From NCBI GenBank assembly GCA_946557105.1, contig CAMNSZ010000011.1, forward strand, positions 17,468-81,467: a stretch of 64,000 nt of DNA, read 5' to 3'. This DNA is from an uncultured Lachnospiraceae bacterium. Lineage in GTDB: Bacteria > Bacillota > Clostridia > Lachnospirales > Lachnospiraceae. Both the position numbers and the translations under genes were made by a program. The notes under the pieces are model-generated. The model did no database searches and was not told the origin of the DNA. It saw only the letters and a program-made list of their open reading frames with translations. Positions 58,105 to 64,000 of the stretch are shown piece after piece; the first letter of the stretch is position 1, and each line of letters begins with the position of its first letter.

Positions 58105-58113
58105 GCATATATT
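58086..58113 (+). promoter_or_regulatory. Candidate sigma-E (mother-cell) promoter for spoIVA
   Basis: TCATATT, 13 bp, CATATATT, matching the sigma-E pattern (kcATA...CATAcanT). Confidence 0.6.
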
Positions 58114-58140
58114 GTAACAGCATATGCAGGAGGAGTGTTT

Positions 58141-59625
58141 ATGGAGCATTATAGTGGCAGTACATACGATTTATACAAAGACATACAGGTACGCTGCGGC
58201 GGAGAGATTTACATAGGGGTACTTGGACCGGTCAGGACAGGAAAGTCTACCTTTATCAAACGCTTTATGGATGAATTGGTGCTTCCCTATATGGAGGACG
58301 GTCATGCAAAGATGAGGGCGCAGGACGAACTGCCTCAAAGCGCCGGCGGACGAACCATAACCACCACGGAGCCGAAATTTATTCCCAATGAGGCGGCAAG
58401 GGTAGTTTTGGGTGAAGATATTGAGGTGATGGTGCGGTTGATTGACTGTGTGGGCTATATGGTGGAGGGCGCTACCGGACATTTGGAAGAGGATGAGGAG
58501 CGCATGGTAAAGACTCCTTGGTTCGACTATGAGATCCCCTTTACTCAGGCCGCCGAAATCGGAACGGATAAGGTTATGAACGACCACTCAACCATCGGGC
58601 TGGTAATAACAACCGACGGCAGTATCGGAGAGATACCCAGAAGCAATTATCTGGATGCGGAGGAGAAGACCATACTTGCATTAAAACAATTACAGAAGCC
58701 TTTCTTAGTTCTTGTAAACAGTAAAAAGCCTTACTCTGAGGAGGCGAAAAAGGCGGCTGAGGAGATTTCGGAAAAATACGGCGTTTCGGCGCTTACGGTA
58801 AACTGTGAGCAGCTTAAAAAGGAAGATATCAACCAAATACTGGAGAACATTTTATATGAATTTCCCATATCCGCTATGGAATTTTATATGCCGAAGTGGG
58901 TGGAGATGCTTCCGGCGGATAATCGTATGAAGCAGGATATCACCGATAAGGTGCGGGCGCTTATGAAGGAATATAACACCATACGGGATGCCATCACAAA
59001 TCCGGTAGCGCTGGAAAGCGAATACGTCAGACGCTGCAAGGCGGACGGGATTCAGCTTTCGGACGGCGTGGTGCGGGTGATGCTGGACGTGGATGAAGCT
59101 TACTATTATCAGATGCTGACGGAGCTTTTAGGGGAAAGCATTGCCGACGAATATCAGTTAATCAGCAGGTTAAAAGAATTTTCGGCTATGAAGCAGGAAT
59201 ACTCAAAGGTATTGAACGCGGTAAATACCGTGCGTATGAAGGGCTACGGGGTAGTGACGCCGGATAGGGAGGAAATCGTTTTAGATAAGCCGGAATTAAT
59301 CAAGCACGGAAACAAATTCGGTGTAAAGATACGGGCAATAAGCCCTTCCATCCATATGATCAAGGCAAATATCGAGACGGAAATCGCGCCCATTGTGGGA
59401 ACCAAAGAGCAGGCTGATGATTTGATACGTTATATCAATCAGGCCGATATGGGAGACGGTATATGGGAGACCAATATTTTCGGTAAGACGGTAGAGCAGC
59501 TGGTGAGCGACGGCATCACCACCAAAGTGACTGCTATCACGGAGGAGAGTCAGATGAAGCTGCAGGATACCATGCAGAAGATTGTCAACGACAGCAACGG
59601 CGGAATGGTTTGTATTATTATTTGA
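58141..59625 (+). CDS. spoIVA: Stage IV sporulation protein A
   Basis: GPVRTGKSTFIKRF, DELPQSAGG.TI.TTEPKF.P, RLIDCVG, TTDGSI; ends GG.VCIII; AGGAGG RBS. Confidence 0.98.
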   Translation: MEHYSGSTYDLYKDIQVRCGGEIYIGVLGPVRTGKSTFIKRFMDELVLPYMEDGHAKMRAQDELPQSAGGRTITTTEPKFIPNEAARVVLGEDIEVMVRLIDCVGYMVEGATGHLEEDEERMVKTPWFDYEIPFTQAAEIGTDKVMNDHSTIGLVITTDGSIGEIPRSNYLDAEEKTILALKQLQKPFLVLVNSKKPYSEEAKKAAEEISEKYGVSALTVNCEQLKKEDINQILENILYEFPISAMEFYMPKWVEMLPADNRMKQDITDKVRALMKEYNTIRDAITNPVALESEYVRRCKADGIQLSDGVVRVMLDVDEAYYYQMLTELLGESIADEYQLISRLKEFSAMKQEYSKVLNAVNTVRMKGYGVVTPDREEIVLDKPELIKHGNKFGVKIRAISPSIHMIKANIETEIAPIVGTKEQADDLIRYINQADMGDGIWETNIFGKTVEQLVSDGITTKVTAITEESQMKLQDTMQKIVNDSNGGMVCIII

Positions 59626-59668
59626 TAAATCGGAAGTAATGCTGTATACTTAAGATTGGTGAAAATGT

Positions 59669-61462
59669 ATGCGGGATAAAAAATTGAAAAATAAATTTAT
59701 TATAGAAAAATTAAATAACCTCAGCTTGGGGCGAAAGCTTATGATAATGCAGATTGTCTGTGTGCTATTGCCCCTGCTGATTACGGATACTATAATTTTT
59801 TCTTTGATTGTAAACTTTGAAAGAAAGACGACACGGCAGGAAATGAATAATATTGCAGATTCGGTAAAATACACCGTTAGTGACTCCATAGATAATGCCG
59901 TCCGCCTGATACAGAATATTTATGGCAACCGTTATGTAAATGAATTTATGAAGTCGGAGTTTACCTCTGCTTTGGATTATTATAATCAATACCTTGATTT
60001 TATCAAGGATTCCCTTTATACGGTAAGCGTCAGCAGCAGCCGTTATAACGTTGTTATTTATGCGGATAATGCAGGTGTCGTAAACGGAGGTTATTTTAAA
60101 AGACTTGAGGCCGCTTTAGACACACATTGGTATAAGGAATTGGAGGTGAGCCGGGATGAGATTGTGGTTTTCTCCGATTATGCAAATACCGGTCTGGGCA
60201 GCCAAAGAGTCATATCTTTGGTGCGGCGCATGGATTACTATCATAAGGGGCATGAGAAAAGCGCTTTAAAGCTGGATTTGGACTATAGCGGAATCTCAAG
60301 GACCATTGCCAATGCCAAATATTCGTCAACGCTTTATATTTGTGAAAAGGATAAAATTCTCTTTTCCAATGACGGCAGGGGAGGCCTGCAGGTACCGTTT
60401 GAGCGGATGCAGGCGAAAAATATGAATAACGCGGGGGTGCATAAAATCATGAATGTCTATGGAAATACATGGGACATTTATATTATGCCCCCTGAAGTAA
60501 ATTTTGTAGATGTAATTCGGAATAATCTTCCGTTGATTTTGTGTCTGATTTGCTTTAATGTAATATTACCTTTTATGCTTATGCAACTGATAAACCAATC
60601 CTTCACTCAGCGTATTAAGGAGCTGGACAATGTGTTCGGAAATGTGGATGGGGACGAGTTAAAGCAGCTTCCTGAAGTAAAGGGTCAGGATGAAATTAGT
60701 GTGTTGATGACAAGCTATAACAAAATGGCAAAGCGAATGAACGAACTGATTCAGACCGTATACAAAAACAGGTTAAAAAGTCAGGAGATTGATATAGCAA
60801 GGCAGAAGGCGGAGCTTTTGGCGCTGCATAGTCAGATTAATCCCCATTTTTTGTTTAATGCTCTGGAAAGCATCCGCATGCATAGTGTCATCAAGAAGGA
60901 GTTTGAGACTGCGGATATGGTACAGAAGCTTGCCCTGATGGAACGCCAGAACGTGGAGTGGGGCAGTGATTTTGTCCGTGTGAAAGAGGAAATCAAATTT
61001 ATTGAGGCTTATCTGGAGCTGCAAAAATATCGGTTTGGCTCGAAGCTCTCTTATGAAATTGTCGTTGACGAAGAGTGTGATGATTACTGGCTGCCAAAGC
61101 TGACCTTAGTGACCTTTGTGGAGAATGCCTGCGTGCACGGCATGGAGAACAAGACCTCCTCCAGCTGGGTATTTGTCAGGATTTATAAGCAGGATAAGGA
61201 ATTGGTTATAGAGGTGGAGGATACAGGCAGCGGTATGTTTGAGGATAAATGTAAAAAGCTTGTAGAGGAAATGATAAATGTAAAAATAGAGACATTAAAA
61301 GAAAATCGCCATGTGGGAATTTTAAATGCGGCATTGCGTCTGAAAATGGCGACTGACGGCAAGGTACATTTTGAGATGGACAGTGAAATCGGGGCAGGAA
61401 CTATGGTTACAATTACTATTCCGTTGGAGGAAGCAGAACGGAGTAATGAACAAAAGAGCTAA
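59669..61462 (+). CDS. YesM-like sensor histidine kinase
   Basis: Two TM helices, HAMP (GQDEI), ALHSQINPHFLFNALESIR, FVENACVHG, VEDTGSG. Confidence 0.95.
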   Translation: MRDKKLKNKFIIEKLNNLSLGRKLMIMQIVCVLLPLLITDTIIFSLIVNFERKTTRQEMNNIADSVKYTVSDSIDNAVRLIQNIYGNRYVNEFMKSEFTSALDYYNQYLDFIKDSLYTVSVSSSRYNVVIYADNAGVVNGGYFKRLEAALDTHWYKELEVSRDEIVVFSDYANTGLGSQRVISLVRRMDYYHKGHEKSALKLDLDYSGISRTIANAKYSSTLYICEKDKILFSNDGRGGLQVPFERMQAKNMNNAGVHKIMNVYGNTWDIYIMPPEVNFVDVIRNNLPLILCLICFNVILPFMLMQLINQSFTQRIKELDNVFGNVDGDELKQLPEVKGQDEISVLMTSYNKMAKRMNELIQTVYKNRLKSQEIDIARQKAELLALHSQINPHFLFNALESIRMHSVIKKEFETADMVQKLALMERQNVEWGSDFVRVKEEIKFIEAYLELQKYRFGSKLSYEIVVDEECDDYWLPKLTLVTFVENACVHGMENKTSSSWVFVRIYKQDKELVIEVEDTGSGMFEDKCKKLVEEMINVKIETLKENRHVGILNAALRLKMATDGKVHFEMDSEIGAGTMVTITIPLEEAERSNEQKS

Positions 61463-61489
61463 TAGGCTGGTACGGCACGGAGGATAATA

Positions 61490-63061
61490 ATGTTGAAGGT
61501 ATTGCTTGTAGATGACGAACCCTTTATTTTGCAGGGTCTGTCCGTGATCATTGATTGGAGCAGGGAAGGCTTTGAGATTGTGGGGAAGGTTTCTAATTCC
61601 TTTGAGGCTCTGGAGCTGCTGCAGAAGGAAAAGATTGATTTGGTAATTGCGGATATTAAAATGCCTAAAATGACTGGTCTTGAGTTATTGGAGAAGGTTC
61701 GCAGGGAAAAAATTTCGGACGCTTATTTTGTAATTCTCAGCGGTTATAATGATTTCGGCTATGTGCGCATGGCTTTGCAGAATGAATGTCTGGATTATAT
61801 GCCGAAGCCGGTGGAGCAGAGCGAGCTTCTCAATGTGCTGAATAAAGTAAGAGAGCTTCGTGCGCTTGACAGTAAGAAACGTGAGGACAGCACTATTATG
61901 GAGAGAGAGGTGTTTGCCAAAAACATGCTCTCCGTCTGTTGCGGAAAGTATAGATCCGATAATGTGGATTTTATTAAACAGTATTTAGGGCAGGGCAGTT
62001 CTTTTCGATATATCAGTGTGGAGCTTGACGCGGGAGCTGAAGAAATAAAGCTGCTGACAGAAGAAGAAAAAAGACGGCTTCAAAAGGAATTGTATCAGAA
62101 ATGTCTTGTTTTCTTTCCGCAAAAAGAATATTTATGTATTTTTGACGCCTCTATCAGGCAGGAAGGTTATGACGTCGGCATAATTTTTACGGAAGATGTA
62201 TTTATTGAATGGGGCAGGGCGTCCGAGCAGGAATATCTGGAGGCTTTTTCGCGGGAGCTAAAGGAGAGTGTGGGATTTCCCGTTATTGTTATAGTAGGAA
62301 GCAAAGTGAAGGACATTGAGGAAATATCCGATTCCTGTAAGTCGGTTCTACTGGCATATTCCTTTAGGGGCATCGATATGGGAGAAAACCAGAACTTTAG
62401 CCTGATGGACAAGCTGGTAAATAAACAGACTATCGACGCCTTGATTCGTGCGGTAAAGGTAAATGACAAAGAGGGCATAGAGCACGGATATTATATGATA
62501 TTTGAGGAGCTAAGGCGTGGGGAGCTTGACGCCCGTATGATAAATATGGTGGTCAATTATCTTATGTTTGAACTCCTGCATCTTGCCTCGGAGCAGGATG
62601 AAAATATTAATCAGCAGGAGGTGTTCCGGCTAATAAACGAGAGTACCTTCGAGCAGATTAATATGGATGTCAGTGGGAAAAATATGACCAAGCTTTTATT
62701 GGAATACGGAGATTATCTGATGCAGCTTAGAGCAAATCAGAGCAAGGGTGTTCTAAGTCAGATAGAGGCGGACTTAAAAGAGAATTTCAGAGAAAACCTT
62801 ACCTTAAAGGATTTGAGTAAAAAGTATTTTGTGAATGCAGCATATCTTGGTCAGTCATTTAAAAAACAGTACGGGGAAGCCTTCAAGGATTATTTAAACC
62901 GTATTAGGATTGAGGCGGCGGTGGAGCTGCTTTTGTACTCCGATAAAAAAATTTATGAGATAGCCGAGGAGGTGGGCTATAAGGATATGGATTACTTTAT
63001 CAACAAATTTATTGCTCTGAAGGGATGTACGCCGGCAAAATTTCGCAAGCAGGTAAAATAG
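61490..63061 (+). CDS. YesN-like response regulator (receiver plus AraC HTH)
   Basis: LLVDDE, DIKMP, LSGYNDF, YMPKP; C-terminal LSKKYFVN..YLG..FK...G..F.DYL...RI, IAEEVGY.D..YF. Confidence 0.95.
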   Translation: MLKVLLVDDEPFILQGLSVIIDWSREGFEIVGKVSNSFEALELLQKEKIDLVIADIKMPKMTGLELLEKVRREKISDAYFVILSGYNDFGYVRMALQNECLDYMPKPVEQSELLNVLNKVRELRALDSKKREDSTIMEREVFAKNMLSVCCGKYRSDNVDFIKQYLGQGSSFRYISVELDAGAEEIKLLTEEEKRRLQKELYQKCLVFFPQKEYLCIFDASIRQEGYDVGIIFTEDVFIEWGRASEQEYLEAFSRELKESVGFPVIVIVGSKVKDIEEISDSCKSVLLAYSFRGIDMGENQNFSLMDKLVNKQTIDALIRAVKVNDKEGIEHGYYMIFEELRRGELDARMINMVVNYLMFELLHLASEQDENINQQEVFRLINESTFEQINMDVSGKNMTKLLLEYGDYLMQLRANQSKGVLSQIEADLKENFRENLTLKDLSKKYFVNAAYLGQSFKKQYGEAFKDYLNRIRIEAAVELLLYSDKKIYEIAEEVGYKDMDYFINKFIALKGCTPAKFRKQVK

Positions 63062-63148
63062 TATATATATAGATGACATTTATTGACTTTTAATAGCATA
63101 ATTCAGTCGGTTAAGGTTTGAGTTGAATAGAACACGGACAATTTGACG

Positions 63149-63205
63149 AAAAAGTCCGGCAAATTATAGAAGATGTTGTGCAACTATAATTTGTCGGGCT
63201 TTTTT
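63149..63205 (+). terminator. Long terminator hairpin after the two-component genes
   Basis: GTCCGGCAAATTATAG/CTATAATTTGTCGGGC 16-bp stem (2 G-U pairs), flanked by A5 and T6. Confidence 0.75.
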
Positions 63206-63291
63206 CTATGGTTTGTCGGGTTGCAAAAATATTATATTTTTATAAAATATTATTATAACAATGTTAAATTGTTAGAAAAGGAGGATGAAAG

Positions 63292-64000
63292 ATGAAAAAG
63301 AAATTGGCAACAATTTTGCTTGCTTCCGTGATGGCTCTTTCCGCATTGGCAGGATGTGGCGACAAGGAAGCAAAAGGAGACGCTTCCACTTCTGCGGGCT
63401 CAGGCGGCCAGACAGGCACCGAAAGCGATACGCCGCAGGAAATCACTGATTTTACAATGTTCATTACCATGCCCGGTTCTGAAATCAACAGTGATAACGA
63501 AATTGCTCAGATAATTGCTGAGAAATGGGGCGTAAGAATCAAGGAGACATGGCTGACCGGTCAGTCTGCTTCAGAAGCAACGGGTACATTGATTGCAGGC
63601 GGAGAGTATCCCGACTTCATCGACAGCGACGATATGGCGCTTCTGGTAGACGCAGGAGCTCTCGTGGCTTTGGATGATTATATTGATAAGTATCCTGATT
63701 TTAAGAACGAGTGGTTTACTCCCGAGGAGTGGGAAAAATTCCGTCAGCCTGACGGACATATTTACTGGATTAATCCTTTCGGTAATACCATGGGGCAGAG
63801 TACGGCGACGACCCACAATGATGAGGCGTTTTGGATTCAGGTAAGAGTACTTGAGTGGGCAGGTTATCCGAAGATTGAGACTATGGATGACTACTTTAAG
63901 GTGATTGAGGAGTATATGGCTGCAAATCCTACCATGGATGATGGTACGCCGAACATGGCATACACTATCCTGTGTGAGGATTGGAGATACTTCTGTCTGG
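63292..64000 (+). CDS. Sugar ABC transporter substrate-binding lipoprotein (partial; runs off the window)
   Basis: AAGGAGG RBS, MKKKLATILLASVMALSALAGC lipobox, S/T/G linker, IAGGEYPD, GALVALDDYIDKYP, DGHIYWI; follows a YesM/YesN pair. Confidence 0.9.
   Translation, partial: MKKKLATILLASVMALSALAGCGDKEAKGDASTSAGSGGQTGTESDTPQEITDFTMFITMPGSEINSDNEIAQIIAEKWGVRIKETWLTGQSASEATGTLIAGGEYPDFIDSDDMALLVDAGALVALDDYIDKYPDFKNEWFTPEEWEKFRQPDGHIYWINPFGNTMGQSTATTHNDEAFWIQVRVLEWAGYPKIETMDDYFKVIEEYMAANPTMDDGTPNMAYTILCEDWRYFCL

Overview
A 64-kb, mostly + strand chromosomal segment from a spore-forming Clostridia-class firmicute, most likely Lachnospiraceae (inferred from gene order and protein style). I found no CRISPR array, integrase, transposase or phage gene. 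The backbone is housekeeping: tRNA-Leu(CAA); polA-coaE; tmcAL divergent from pta-ackA; yceD-rpmF-plsX-acpP-rnc-smc-ftsY; ylxM-ffh-rpsP-khpA-rimM-trmD-rplS-lepB-rbgA-lepB-rnhB-yraN-pgeF; prs; radical SAM-der-plsY-gpsA; metF; tyrS; spoIVA. It also holds two two-component systems and the start of a sugar ABC-transporter locus. The most interesting observations are: (1) a stand-alone, Trp T-box-controlled trpBA in which TrpB is intact but TrpA has lost its catalytic Asp, part of loop 6 and a phosphate-binding Gly, suggesting an indole-salvage tryptophan synthase; (2) TrmD fused in frame to a roughly 230-aa GNAT-type acetyltransferase; (3) an FtsA/actin-like ATPase with a long tail of ThiS/MoaD-like repeats, translationally coupled to coaE and a metallo-beta-lactamase-fold hydrolase; (4) a 52-aa gene missed by the ORF track that has its own promoter, RBS and terminator; (5) a near-perfect Rex-type palindrome in the tRNA leader, a 3x16-bp tandem repeat with a short upstream ORF before helD, a frameshifted response-regulator remnant and a small family of intergenic GC-rich palindromes. 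All family assignments come from motif recognition by eye; no database search was run.
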